63,381 nt of DNA, from positions 1-63,381 of the forward strand of contig CAYVDS010000005.1 in assembly GCA_964450145.1 (NCBI GenBank). The letters are read 5' to 3'. This document shows positions 10,143 to 19,926 of this stretch, piece after piece. The notes under the pieces are model-generated. The model searched no databases. It was not told where the DNA came from and was given only the letters and a program-made list of their open reading frames with translations. This DNA is from an uncultured bacterium (GTDB lineage Bacteria > Abyssobacteria > SURF-5). The stretch's first letter is position 1, and every line of letters begins with the position of its first letter. Position numbers and translations under genes: made by a program.

Positions 10143-11162
10143 ATGTTGAAGGAAGAACTGGATAGAATAAGGCAAGAGGCGCTTGCGAAAATCGGGCAGT
10201 GCGGGGACATTTCGTCGCTGAGGCAAATTGAAATCGAGTACCTTGGCCGCAAAGGGGCTATCACGCAAGTGCTCAGGCAGATGGGTTCGCTCCCGCAGGA
10301 AGAACGCGCGGCCATCGGCAAGCTCGCGAACGAACTGAAGGCCGAGATTCAGAAGGTGGTTGATGCGAAGTACGAGAAATTCGAGGAAGAGGAAAGACAG
10401 CGGAGGCTCCAAAGCGAGAGCGTCGATGTGACTCTTCCGGGCATCCGTCCCGAGGTCGGGCGCCTGCATCCGGTCTCGATTGTCTTCAACGAAGTGCGCA
10501 GAATCTTCGAGGGGCTCGGGTTCCATGTGGCGACGGGGCCGGAGGTCGAGACCGAATACTATAATTTTGAAGCGCTCAACATGCCGAAAGACCACCCTGC
10601 CCGGGATATGCAGGACACATTCTATGTAAACGATCAGGTATTGCTTCGAACGCACACGTCGCCTGTCCAGATACGAGTGATGACGACGCAGAAGCCGCCG
10701 TTGAGGATAATTGCTCCGGGCAAAGTCTTCCGACGGGATGACGACGTCCGGCACAGCCCCATGTTCCACCAAGTTGAAGGTTTGGTGGTGGACGAAAACA
10801 TTACGCTTGGCGACCTCAAAGGAATTCTTGAAGCGTTCCTTCACCGGCTATACGGTCCGGAGACAGCGCTGCGCTTCCGACCGAGTTATTTTCCGTTCAC
10901 AGAGCCGAGCGCGGAAGTGGATATCCGATGTGTAATTTGCAAAGGGAGCGGATGCCGCACGTGTTCGCAAAGCGGCTGGCTCGAGGTGCTGGGCTCGGGC
11001 ATGGTGCATCCGAAGGTGTTTGAAGCCGTAGGCTATGACCCGGAACAGTATACGGGATTTGCGTTTGGGACGGGTGTTGACCGTCTCGCAATGCTCAAAT
11101 ATGGAATCGAGGATATCCGGGTTCTCTACGAAAATAACATTAAGTTCCTTGAGCAGTTCTAG
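10143..11162 (+). CDS. pheS: phenylalanine--tRNA ligase alpha subunit
   Basis: 339 aa. HPARDMQDTFY, FRPSYFPFTEPSAEVD, GFAFGTGVDRLAMLKYGI. Confidence 0.97.
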   Translation: MLKEELDRIRQEALAKIGQCGDISSLRQIEIEYLGRKGAITQVLRQMGSLPQEERAAIGKLANELKAEIQKVVDAKYEKFEEEERQRRLQSESVDVTLPGIRPEVGRLHPVSIVFNEVRRIFEGLGFHVATGPEVETEYYNFEALNMPKDHPARDMQDTFYVNDQVLLRTHTSPVQIRVMTTQKPPLRIIAPGKVFRRDDDVRHSPMFHQVEGLVVDENITLGDLKGILEAFLHRLYGPETALRFRPSYFPFTEPSAEVDIRCVICKGSGCRTCSQSGWLEVLGSGMVHPKVFEAVGYDPEQYTGFAFGTGVDRLAMLKYGIEDIRVLYENNIKFLEQF

Positions 11163-11164
11163 CT

Positions 11165-11292
11165 TATTCCGGGACACCAACAAAGCCATAAATGGATACC
11201 CGCCTTCGCGGGAATGATAAGCGGGGACACCATGCCTGCGTTTATTCGGGGACACCATGCGGTCCCGCCTGAGGCGGGATGTCACCGAATAA
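11165..11292. repeat. family B cluster (two half units plus one unit with an inserted hairpin)
   Basis: TTATTCCGGGACACC; AGCGGGGACACCATGCC; TTATTCGGGGACACCATGCGGTCCCGCCTGAGGCGGGATGTCACCGAATAA. Confidence 0.75.
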
Positions 11293-11340
11293 CCGCCCGT
11301 TGCGCAGGTTATTCGCTGGATATCTCGGAGAGATCGAATA

Positions 11341-13737
11341 ATGCGTGTTTCTTTTAATTGGCTGAAAGAATTGGTCCGAATAGATGCGCCGCCGCAGAAG
11401 CTTGCCACCATGCTCACAATGGCGGGAGTCGAAGTGGAGAGCATTGAAGTCATGAAGCCCGAATTCAGCGGCGTGTCCGTCGGCCGGGTGCTCAAGGTTG
11501 CGCGTCACCCGAAGGCCGATAGATTGGTGCTGTGCGACGTCGATGTTGGAGAGCCGCGACCTCTCAAGATCGTGTGCGGCGCCGCGAATATGAGCGAAGG
11601 CGACAAGGTAGCGGTCGCGCTTGTGGGAGCAAACCTCGCGGGCGGGCTCAAAGTCAAGAAGGCAAGAATTCGGGACGAAGCGTCAGAAGGGATGATGTGC
11701 TCCGAACGCGAGCTCGGGATGGGTGACGATCATTCGGGCATCATGATTCTCCCCCCGGATGCTCCTATCGGCCGGAGCCTCGAAGAGTTCCTGGGCCTTG
11801 GGGATGCGATCCTCGAATTAGGCGTAACCGCCAACCGGCCCGACTGCCTGAGCATGCTCGGGGTCGCCCGTGAAGCGGCCGCGATAACGCGCTCGCAGGT
11901 TCACCCGCCGCGTATTGACATCCGCGAAGAAGGGTCGGACATTGCATCATTAACTTCAGTTACGATAGATGACGCCGTCGGATGTCCGCGTTACGCCGCC
12001 AGAATCGTCAGCGACGTAAAAATCGGCCCGTCGCCGGCCTGGATGCAGCAGCGGCTTCAGAAGGCGGGCCTCAGGCCGTTAAGCAACGTCGTGGACGTAA
12101 CCAACTATGTGCTGATTGAGCTCGGGCATCCTCTGCACGCATTTGATTACAGCAAGCTTGAGGAAAACAGAATCGTGGTCAGACGCGCGCGCAAGGGCGA
12201 GACCATCGTGACGCTTGACGGCGGCAACCGCGAACTGACGGAACAGATGCTCGTTATCGCCGATGCCGCAAACCCGGTAGCTATAGCCGGGGTCATGGGA
12301 GGCGCCGCAACCGAAGTCACCGAGCAAACGAAGAATATTCTCATTGAATCCGCTTATTTCGACCCCGTGAGTATCCGGCGAACGTCCAAGGCTCTTGGCC
12401 TGTCGACCGAGGCGTCATACCGTTTTGAGAGAGGCGCGGATATCGAGATGGCGCTCACGGCGCTTGACCGCGCGGCGGCCTTGATGGCCGAGGTTGCGGG
12501 CGGGAAGATCGTCAAAGGACGCGTCGACTGCTATCCGCGCGAGAGCGCTCCGATGGAACTGACGCTCAGGCACAGCCGCGTCAAGCGAATCGTCGGCGTC
12601 GATATACCTGCCGAAACTTCAGTTTCTATTCTGGAATCACTGGGAATCAAAGTCGTCTCCCGCGACCCCGATACGGTGCGGGTTCTTGCGCCCAGTCGCC
12701 GGCCCGACATCAGGGCCGAGATAGACCTCATTGAGGAAGTTGCCCGTATTTACGGGTACGACAACATCCCAGCCACTTATCCGAAGGATAGCGCGGTGAT
12801 GACGCGCGGGTTGCAGCCGGCCTCGATAGAGGACGAATGCAGGGCGGCACTCGGTGGATGCGGCTTTTCCGAAATTATCACCTTCAGTTTCGGCGCTCCC
12901 GCAGACATGGCGGATTTTGCGGACGGGAAAGATGAACCGATAAGGTTGAGGAACCCTCTCACCGAGGAAGCGAGCGCGCTTCGAACCACCCTCATTCCGG
13001 GACTGCTTCGTACGATCCAGACCAATTTCAACGCGGGCAACAAAGATTTGAAACTGTTCGAGGCAGGTAAGGTCTACTTGCCGGTTTCCGGTAAATCTCT
13101 CCCCGACGAGCGGTCCTTCGTAGGCGCGGCCGCAACCGGCGCCTCGCAGCCGATAGGCTGGAGAACACCGCCCGCGGCGACCGACTTTTTCGACCTCAAG
13201 GGTGTGGCAGAAGCCGTGCTGAAATCTCTGGGTTGCGCTTCAGCGCAATGGATGAAGGCCTCCGAAAAGGGCTTCCACCCCGGCGTTTGCGCCGAGATCG
13301 TGGTCGGCGGGAGGCGGGTGGGCAGGATCGGGGAGATTCACCCCGACCTCTTGCGAAAATACGACTTCGGTCAGAAAGTTTGCGTGTTCGAGATCGACCT
13401 CTCTTCGATTGAAGCGCGTCTTGAGACAGCCCGTAGATACGAAAAACTCTCACGGTTCCCTCATTCAGACCGCGACATGGCTGTGGTTGTTGACGAAAGC
13501 GTTCCGGCCGCGGCCTTAACGTCGGCCATTGCGAGCGCGGGCGGAGATACTCTCCGTCGGGTTCTCCTTTTTGACGTATACCGGGGCGCGCAGGTGGGCG
13601 AAGGCAAAAAGAGCCTCGCGTTCAGCCTGAGGTTTCAAAGCGATGAGCGCACTTTGACCGATGAAGAGATCACGGCCATTTTCGACCGAATCGTCCGCGA
13701 CCTTCAAAAACGGTTCGAGGAAAAGTTGAGAGCTTGA
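11341..13737 (+). CDS. pheT: phenylalanine--tRNA ligase beta subunit
   Basis: 798 aa. MRVSFNWLKE start, tRNA-binding OB domain, B3/4 and B5 domains, C-terminal FDX-ACB domain. Confidence 0.97.
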   Translation: MRVSFNWLKELVRIDAPPQKLATMLTMAGVEVESIEVMKPEFSGVSVGRVLKVARHPKADRLVLCDVDVGEPRPLKIVCGAANMSEGDKVAVALVGANLAGGLKVKKARIRDEASEGMMCSERELGMGDDHSGIMILPPDAPIGRSLEEFLGLGDAILELGVTANRPDCLSMLGVAREAAAITRSQVHPPRIDIREEGSDIASLTSVTIDDAVGCPRYAARIVSDVKIGPSPAWMQQRLQKAGLRPLSNVVDVTNYVLIELGHPLHAFDYSKLEENRIVVRRARKGETIVTLDGGNRELTEQMLVIADAANPVAIAGVMGGAATEVTEQTKNILIESAYFDPVSIRRTSKALGLSTEASYRFERGADIEMALTALDRAAALMAEVAGGKIVKGRVDCYPRESAPMELTLRHSRVKRIVGVDIPAETSVSILESLGIKVVSRDPDTVRVLAPSRRPDIRAEIDLIEEVARIYGYDNIPATYPKDSAVMTRGLQPASIEDECRAALGGCGFSEIITFSFGAPADMADFADGKDEPIRLRNPLTEEASALRTTLIPGLLRTIQTNFNAGNKDLKLFEAGKVYLPVSGKSLPDERSFVGAAATGASQPIGWRTPPAATDFFDLKGVAEAVLKSLGCASAQWMKASEKGFHPGVCAEIVVGGRRVGRIGEIHPDLLRKYDFGQKVCVFEIDLSSIEARLETARRYEKLSRFPHSDRDMAVVVDESVPAAALTSAIASAGGDTLRRVLLFDVYRGAQVGEGKKSLAFSLRFQSDERTLTDEEITAIFDRIVRDLQKRFEEKLRA

Positions 13738-13740
13738 CGT

Positions 13741-14028
13741 ATGATGGAAGAAAAGCTTGCCCGTCTCGAAGAACAGATGAAGAAGGTGATAAACGATTTT
13801 CGAGATGTGTGCGAAAAAAACGAAGACCTGAGGCGCCAGAACGAGCATTTGCTCACCGCGTTGCTGGAGAAAACCCGGCAGCTCGAAGTGCTCGAAGAGC
13901 GCAGCTCGATACTTGTCGAGACGCAGACTGAAAAAAAGAAGTTGGAAGAGCAGCGGAAGCTCATCAGGGCGCAGGTGCAGGGGTTGCTCGAGAAAGTGCG
14001 AGCGCTGCGGAGCGCTGAAAAGAAATGA
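13741..14028 (+). CDS. coiled-coil protein, ZapB-like
   Basis: 95 aa, heptad-rich and E/K/L/R-dominated. Immediately upstream of zapA and overlapping it (ATGA). Confidence 0.45.
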   Translation: MMEEKLARLEEQMKKVINDFRDVCEKNEDLRRQNEHLLTALLEKTRQLEVLEERSSILVETQTEKKKLEEQRKLIRAQVQGLLEKVRALRSAEKK

Positions 14029-14339
14029 ACCGGCCGATGACCGTAAAGGTCTCGATTTACGGGACCGAATTTACATTCAAGACGGACGATCCCGAATATA
14101 TAACCGAGCTTGCCGAATTTGTGGATGAGCAGGTGCGCAAAATCTCACTGCCCAAAAAAGTCTCCTCGCCGACGAAGGCTATAACGCTTGCCGCCTTTAA
14201 CATCGCCGACGAACTGTTCCGGCTTCGCAAGGAACTGGGGGAGAATTCCAAGAAGCTATCGGAACGCGTCGACTCGATGCTCAAAATGGCGGAAGAGGCG
14301 CACCAGCCACCCCGGGAAAAGGAAACCCGGCAGCCTTGA
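14025..14339 (+). CDS. zapA: cell division protein ZapA
   Basis: 104 aa. VKVSIYGTEFTFKTDDPEYITELAEFVDEQV...AITLAAFNIADELFRLRKE is the ZapA pattern. The pheST-zapA synteny is widespread. Confidence 0.8.
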   Translation: MNRPMTVKVSIYGTEFTFKTDDPEYITELAEFVDEQVRKISLPKKVSSPTKAITLAAFNIADELFRLRKELGENSKKLSERVDSMLKMAEEAHQPPREKETRQP

Positions 14340-14398
14340 TTCGGGGACACCATGCCTTAATTCGGGGACACGATGCGGCATCGTGTCCCCGAATTTAA
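14338..14398. repeat. family B: half unit plus full palindrome
   Basis: GATTCGGGGACACCATGCC then TTAATTCGGGGACACGATGCGGCATCGTGTCCCCGAATTTAA. The zapA stop codon lies at its left edge. Confidence 0.9.
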
Positions 14399-14448
14399 GG
14401 TAACCGCGCCGCAGGCGTGGGCTGGCCGCTGAGAAGAAAGGCATTGAT

Positions 14449-15633
14449 ATGTCGCATCATCTTGCACTTGAAGGACTTAAGGTGCTCGACCTTACGCGGC
14501 TGCTTCCGGGCGGGTATTGCACCTTGCTGTTAGCCGACATGGGCGCAGATGTGCTGAAAGTTGAAGACCCTTTCGGTGGAGATTATGTTCGCTGGTTTCC
14601 GCCGAAGGTCAAAGAGGAAAGCGCGTACTTTCTGGCGGTCAATAGAAACAAGAGGAGCATGAAGCTCAACCTGAAGCACACGCGCGGCAGGGAGATTCTC
14701 CTTAGACTGGTGAAAGAGTACGACGTAATCGTCGAAGGATTCCGACCCGGCGTCATGGATAAGCTCGGACTCGGCTATGGTAGGGTGAGCGCGGCAAATC
14801 CACGTATCGTGTATTGCTCGATCTCCGGCTACGGCCAGGACGGGCCTTACAGCCAGCGCGCGGGCCACGACATCAATTATATCGGAATTGCGGGCGTTCT
14901 CGGGATAACCGGCATGGCAGACAGGCCGCCCGTGGCGCCAGGCGTTCCGATCGCGGACTTTGGCGGCGGAGGCATGCTCGCGGCCATGGGAATAATGATG
15001 GCGCTATACTACCGGGATCGCAGCGGCAAAGGCCAATATGTGGACATATCGATGATGGACGGCGTCGCCTCGTGGATGGCGAATTCCGCCGCCAAGTATT
15101 TTGTATCCAATGACCTTCAAAAACGGGGCGAGGTCGACCTGGCGGGCGGCCTTATCTGTTACGGAACTTATGAAACCAAGGATGGCCAGTACCTTTCGGT
15201 CGGCGCACTCGAGCCGAAGTTCTGGGTGAATTTCTGCCGGCTCATCGAGCGGGAAGACCTCGTAGACTCCCAACTCGACCTGAATCCGGACGCAAAACTC
15301 AGGGAGGAAATAGTCAGAATCTTCAAAGGCAAGACGATGGATGAATGGCTCGCGCTGCTCGACGGACAAGACACCTGCATCGAGAAGATCAACACGGTTG
15401 CTGAAGCGATGAACGACCCTCAAATGCGTCATCGGAAGATGGTTGGCGACATCGAGCACCCCACTGAAGGACCTATTAAGGCAACCGGTATTCCCGTAAA
15501 GCTTTCACTAACCCCCGGCAGCGTCGACCGCCTTCCCGCGCCCGCGTATGGCCAGCATACTCACGAAGTGCTGCGCGGTCTGGGGCTGTCTGACGCGGAA
15601 ATTGGGCGACTCGCAGAGGATAAGGTCATCTGA
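14449..15633 (+). CDS. family III CoA-transferase (CaiB/BaiF family)
   Basis: 394 aa. LEGLKVLDLTRLLPGGYCTLLLADMGADVLKVE, GHDINY, conserved Asp region. Confidence 0.85.
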   Translation: MSHHLALEGLKVLDLTRLLPGGYCTLLLADMGADVLKVEDPFGGDYVRWFPPKVKEESAYFLAVNRNKRSMKLNLKHTRGREILLRLVKEYDVIVEGFRPGVMDKLGLGYGRVSAANPRIVYCSISGYGQDGPYSQRAGHDINYIGIAGVLGITGMADRPPVAPGVPIADFGGGGMLAAMGIMMALYYRDRSGKGQYVDISMMDGVASWMANSAAKYFVSNDLQKRGEVDLAGGLICYGTYETKDGQYLSVGALEPKFWVNFCRLIEREDLVDSQLDLNPDAKLREEIVRIFKGKTMDEWLALLDGQDTCIEKINTVAEAMNDPQMRHRKMVGDIEHPTEGPIKATGIPVKLSLTPGSVDRLPAPAYGQHTHEVLRGLGLSDAEIGRLAEDKVI

Positions 15634-15703
15634 TCTGCCTATTCAAGTTTCAGGTTTCTGGTGAAACGAACCTGAGCCCATAGAGCAGAAGAACCTCCTC
15701 TAA

Positions 15704-15721
15704 GCGCGAATTTATTCGCAG
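15704..15721. repeat. family A solo hairpin
   Basis: GCGAATTTATTCGC palindrome without the GTAG head. Confidence 0.5.
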
Positions 15722-15805
15722 ACGCGGCGCTCCACGATTGACCACGCTGACGGGAAGGATCGTACTTGCTTTGGCGGATGAAGAGCAAAGAGGAACTCAA
15801 AAGAG

Positions 15806-15834
15806 TTGACAAGTATTATTCCTTAGGATAATAT
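15806..15834 (+). promoter_or_regulatory. sigma70-like promoter P1 upstream of the ketosynthase-like gene
   Basis: TTGACA - 17 nt - TAATAT. Confidence 0.45.
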
Positions 15835-15890
15835 AGAGGCGGTGTAACGAAGCCGGGAATTCCTTTATTAATGTAACGTGCCCAATTTTC

Positions 15891-15919
15891 TTGACATACG
15901 AAACGGTTGATAGTAGAAT
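15891..15919 (+). promoter_or_regulatory. sigma70-like promoter P2 upstream of the ketosynthase-like gene
   Basis: TTGACA - 17 nt - TAGAAT, leaving a 5' UTR of about 120 nt. Confidence 0.45.
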
Positions 15920-16048
15920 ATCGCTTAATAAGGCAAGCCGCAGCATCTAGATATTGCAGGCGGACAGTAAGCGCACCCATATATAGCGGTTTTCCCCTGG
16001 GGCAGTTGTGTCGTGTGAGAATCCGGACGGAGGGGGGCGGTTTGGCGG

Positions 16049-17308
16049 GTGGTTAAGCGTTGCGTCGTGACGGGCGTGGGCGTTGTGTCTCCGGTGGGTA
16101 TCGGGAAAGAGGCTTTTTGGAAGTCTCTCATCGAGGGCACGTCGGGCATCTCGCGCATAACCTACTTTGACACCTCGATGCTGCCGGTCGACATCGCGGG
16201 CGAGGTCAAGAATTTTGATGCGTCCCAATATATCGAGGAGAGTCGCCTGCCCGCGACTGCGAGATACACGCAGTTTGCCGTCGCTGCGTCAAAAATGGCG
16301 ATTGGCGACGCGGGGATTACAACGCAGGATACCAGCAGGTCGCGTGTCGCGCTTATTCTGGGCACAACTTCTCCGCCGGTCGACTCCATTGAAGAGCAGC
16401 TTAACTTTGTCCTCCAGAAAGAATCCTATCTGAAAGCGCGGCCGTATGCGCTTGCCGCAATATGCCCGCATTCACCGACCGCCGAGGTCTCGAATGCGCT
16501 CAATCTGTTCGAGTCGAGCCTGACAGTCTCGACCGCATGCACATCGGGCTTCAATGCAATAGGCGCCGGTCTCAAAGAAATCCGGGCGGGCCGAAAGGAT
16601 ATCGTGCTTGCGGGGGCGACGGAAAGCACGCTCGTTTTCTTTACGTTCCTCGCCTACATCTCTTCGGGGCTCCTGGCCAAGAACAGCGACATGCCGGCCG
16701 ACAAGATCATGCGGCCGTTCGATAAGAATCGCCGCGGGGGTGTCCTTGCGGAGGGAGCCGCTTTCGTGGTGCTTGAGGAGCTTGAGCACGCCCGACTGCG
16801 TGGAGCCCGCATTTACGGCGAGATAGCGGGATGCGTAGCGAGGGAGAAGTTCCGGGGACCGATGCGTTCGCTGCCAATAAAGCAAGGCATGGTGAACACG
16901 ATGCGGGAGGCTCTGGCGGACGCGCGGATGCGGCCGACCGACGTGGACTATGTGTGCGCTAACGGGGTATCGAGCCTGATCTCGGATAAGATGGAGACAC
17001 TCGCGCTCAAGGAAGTATTCGGCAATTACGCCTATCGCCTGCCTGTCAGTTCCATTAAATCAATGACGGGGATTCCCAACTCGACGGCCGGCCCAATGCA
17101 GTTGATTGCGGCCGTTCTTTCATTCCAGACTGATATTATTCCCCCAACTATTAATTACGAGACTCCGGACCCCGATTGCGACCTCGATTATGTTCCCAAT
17201 GTGGCTCGCGTCAACAGGGTGAACGTCGCCTTGCTGAACAATCATGCGCTGGATGACAGCAATGCGGTTTTGCTTGTGAAAAGGTATGGCGAGTCCGATG
17301 ACCGCTGA
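16049..17308 (+). CDS. FabF-like beta-ketoacyl synthase homologue lacking both catalytic His
   Basis: 419 aa, GTG start. VVTGVGVVSPVG, active-site Cys in STACTSG. The positions equivalent to FabF H303 and H340 read YVCANGVSS and KSMTGIPNS. The NSFGFGG loop is replaced by NNHALDD. Confidence 0.8.
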   Translation: MVKRCVVTGVGVVSPVGIGKEAFWKSLIEGTSGISRITYFDTSMLPVDIAGEVKNFDASQYIEESRLPATARYTQFAVAASKMAIGDAGITTQDTSRSRVALILGTTSPPVDSIEEQLNFVLQKESYLKARPYALAAICPHSPTAEVSNALNLFESSLTVSTACTSGFNAIGAGLKEIRAGRKDIVLAGATESTLVFFTFLAYISSGLLAKNSDMPADKIMRPFDKNRRGGVLAEGAAFVVLEELEHARLRGARIYGEIAGCVAREKFRGPMRSLPIKQGMVNTMREALADARMRPTDVDYVCANGVSSLISDKMETLALKEVFGNYAYRLPVSSIKSMTGIPNSTAGPMQLIAAVLSFQTDIIPPTINYETPDPDCDLDYVPNVARVNRVNVALLNNHALDDSNAVLLVKRYGESDDR

Positions 17309-17375
17309 GTGACGCAGGCGGCTTGACGGACCGGCCGCGGGATGCAGAGTTTGGCGGGGGCACAGAAGGAACTGA

Positions 17376-19925
17376 ATGGACCCGAAACCGCTCAGTCTTC
17401 TCATTGCCGCTTTGGCGAATTTTGCATTGGCGACGTATGTCTTCGTGAAGAATCCGAAGAAGATAGCCAACATTTCCTTTGCCCTGTTCGTGTTTAGCGT
17501 CGTCATCTGGAGCCTCTCCATTTTCATCATCGATATTGCCCGCGACTATGAAATGCTCATGTTTGCCGGGCACTTGACGTTCTTCGGCGGCGCTGCGATG
17601 GCCTCGAACTTCCTGCTGTTTGCATTCGTGTTCCCCCAAACGAAGAAAGAAATGCCGTCGCGCAAGCAATTTTTCTTCATCTACGGGCCGGGCGCGCTGG
17701 CGGCGGCAATGGCGCTCACTCCGCTGGTGCTCCGAGATATAACATATGTCGGTGACCGCGTTCGACCAGTTTATGGCAAAGGGATAACTCTCTATACGGT
17801 CTATTGTCTCGCATACACAGGGTACGGGTTCCTCTTGTTGGCTCGAAAGTATTTGAGCCGTCCCGGCCGTTTCGAGCGGGTTCAACTGAAATATACTTTC
17901 TGGGGTCTTTTTGTTCCCGTGAGCGCAGTTGTGCTGATTACCCTTATTCTGCCGCAGGTGGGCATATCCCGCTTTTCGGACATCACTCCTCTTTTATCCG
18001 TTGTGGGGGTGGCAAGCATTTCTTATGCGATCGTCAGGTATCGGCTGATGGACCTAGGGGTCGTGTTCCGCAACGTGCTCATTTATGGAACGCTCGCCCT
18101 GGCGATGGCTGTCGCGCTCATCGGGCTGCTGTTCGTCGTGCAGCCGCTGCTGAATCTGCCGCAGAGAAGCGCGGTCTTCCTAGCCTCCGTGCTTGCGGCG
18201 GCATTGGTTCAACCGTTGAAGTTTTACGTTGAAATCGGGGTTGACAGGTATTATTTCCGGGGGCGGTACAACTACCAGGCCGCCTTGACCGAGTTCAGTT
18301 CGTCGATGACGAGAATCCTCGACCTCGAGGACCTCCAGAATCGCATTGTGCACGAAGTGGCTTCCATTCTTCAAGTCAAGAGCGTGGCGCTCCTTCTGTT
18401 GGACGCCGAGGGGAAAAAGTACACCATCATATCATCCCTCCCCCCCGTTTTGAGTGACGCGGCCCAAGAGTTCGACGTCGATAGCATCGTCGTCAGGAAG
18501 ATGAACGAGGTTCGCTCGCCACTTGTTAAGGAAGAGCTCAAGCGAATTCTCCTTCAGGAGTTCGAGCCCATACGCGAAGAGTTCGAGCGCATAGAAGCCG
18601 AGGTGTTTATCCCGTTGATTTATCGGGGAGAACTCATCGGTCTGCTCTCGCTTGGAGAGAAGGTGTCAGCCGACATATACTCGAAGGAAGACCTGAACCT
18701 GCTGGGCACGTTGGGAAATCAGGCTGCGGTTGCGCTCGAGAACGCCCTCCTGCACCATACGGTGACTATGCTCAAGAACCACAACGACAACATACTGAAA
18801 TACATGAGCAGCGGAGTCATTTCGATTAACCGCGGGCAGATCATCGACACCTGCAACCAGAAAGCGCATGAGATTCTGAGGCTTCCGCCCAAGGGCGCGC
18901 TCAACCAGAAGATTGAGAGTCTCCCCCAACCGCTGCGTCGAATGCTGACGGACACGTTGACGGGCAAGAACAGGTTTTCGAATCAGGAGGTGCAGATCCT
19001 GGCCGACGGCGGAGCAATCTCCTACTTGAGCGCGAGCACCTCCCATATCAGAGACGAGAAGGACGGGGTCACCGGCGCTCTGCTGGTATTCAATGATCTC
19101 ACGGAAATCAGGCTGCTCGAAGGCGAGATGAGAAGGGCAGACAAGCTGGCGTCGCTCGGCACGCTGGCTGCCGGCATGGCGCATGAAATCAAGAATCCGC
19201 TTGTGTCCATCAAGACGTTCGCGCAACTGCTGCCGGCGAAATTCGAGGACAAGGAATTCCGCGATATGTTTTCGTCGATAACCGTCGGCGAAGTAGAGCG
19301 AATCAATTCCATCGTGGAAAAACTCCTGGAATTTGCGCGCCCCTCGGCGCCTCTTTTTGAATCGGTAGATTTAGTCGAGATCATCGAAGAAATCTTGCTG
19401 CTGCTGAGCACAGAGGTGTCGAAGCTGAACGTGGCCGTCGCGAGGAATTTCGAGACGTCGACGGCGCCGATGACCGGCGACAAGGGCCAGCTCAAGCAGG
19501 CGTTGCTCAATCTCTGTCTGAACGGCCTGCAAGCGATCGAAGCGCTCGAAGGACGGGCGGGCGGAACACTCACGGTCACTGTAGGCTTCCGCAAGAGGAG
19601 ATACCGAACCGCCGAAGGCTCGCCGTCGGACGAGATTTCCAAAATGTTTTACGGGACCGAGGCGGTGGCGTCGCAGGACGATGCTGAAACAGTTGTCATC
19701 AAAGTCCGCGACACCGGCCGGGGCATCAACCGAAAGGACCTCGCGAAGATTTTCGACCCGTTTTTCACGACGAAGGAGAAAGGAGTCGGGCTCGGGTTGG
19801 CCGTGGTGCACGGCATCGTGAAGGAACATTCGGGAAACATCTCGGTGGAAAGCAAGGAGAACATAGGCACTGAATTCGTGATTACGCTTCCAGTTACGCA
19901 GATATTCGTAAAGGAGAGAGTCTGA
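17376..19925 (+). CDS. sensor histidine kinase (7TM sensor - GAF - PAS - HisKA - HATPase_c)
   Basis: 849 aa with about 7 N-terminal TM helices. H-box AAGMAHEIKNPL, N-box NLCLNGLQA, G1 VRDTGRGI, G2 GVGLGLAV. Confidence 0.9.
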   Translation: MDPKPLSLLIAALANFALATYVFVKNPKKIANISFALFVFSVVIWSLSIFIIDIARDYEMLMFAGHLTFFGGAAMASNFLLFAFVFPQTKKEMPSRKQFFFIYGPGALAAAMALTPLVLRDITYVGDRVRPVYGKGITLYTVYCLAYTGYGFLLLARKYLSRPGRFERVQLKYTFWGLFVPVSAVVLITLILPQVGISRFSDITPLLSVVGVASISYAIVRYRLMDLGVVFRNVLIYGTLALAMAVALIGLLFVVQPLLNLPQRSAVFLASVLAAALVQPLKFYVEIGVDRYYFRGRYNYQAALTEFSSSMTRILDLEDLQNRIVHEVASILQVKSVALLLLDAEGKKYTIISSLPPVLSDAAQEFDVDSIVVRKMNEVRSPLVKEELKRILLQEFEPIREEFERIEAEVFIPLIYRGELIGLLSLGEKVSADIYSKEDLNLLGTLGNQAAVALENALLHHTVTMLKNHNDNILKYMSSGVISINRGQIIDTCNQKAHEILRLPPKGALNQKIESLPQPLRRMLTDTLTGKNRFSNQEVQILADGGAISYLSASTSHIRDEKDGVTGALLVFNDLTEIRLLEGEMRRADKLASLGTLAAGMAHEIKNPLVSIKTFAQLLPAKFEDKEFRDMFSSITVGEVERINSIVEKLLEFARPSAPLFESVDLVEIIEEILLLLSTEVSKLNVAVARNFETSTAPMTGDKGQLKQALLNLCLNGLQAIEALEGRAGGTLTVTVGFRKRRYRTAEGSPSDEISKMFYGTEAVASQDDAETVVIKVRDTGRGINRKDLAKIFDPFFTTKEKGVGLGLAVVHGIVKEHSGNISVESKENIGTEFVITLPVTQIFVKERV

Positions 19926-19926
19926 G

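Noticed and set aside
14340-14448. 6S RNA (ssrS), which follows zapA in many bacteria
   Set aside because: Only 109 nt separate zapA from the next gene, and 60 of them are family B palindromes. That is too short for a roughly 180-nt 6S RNA, and I see no large central bubble architecture.
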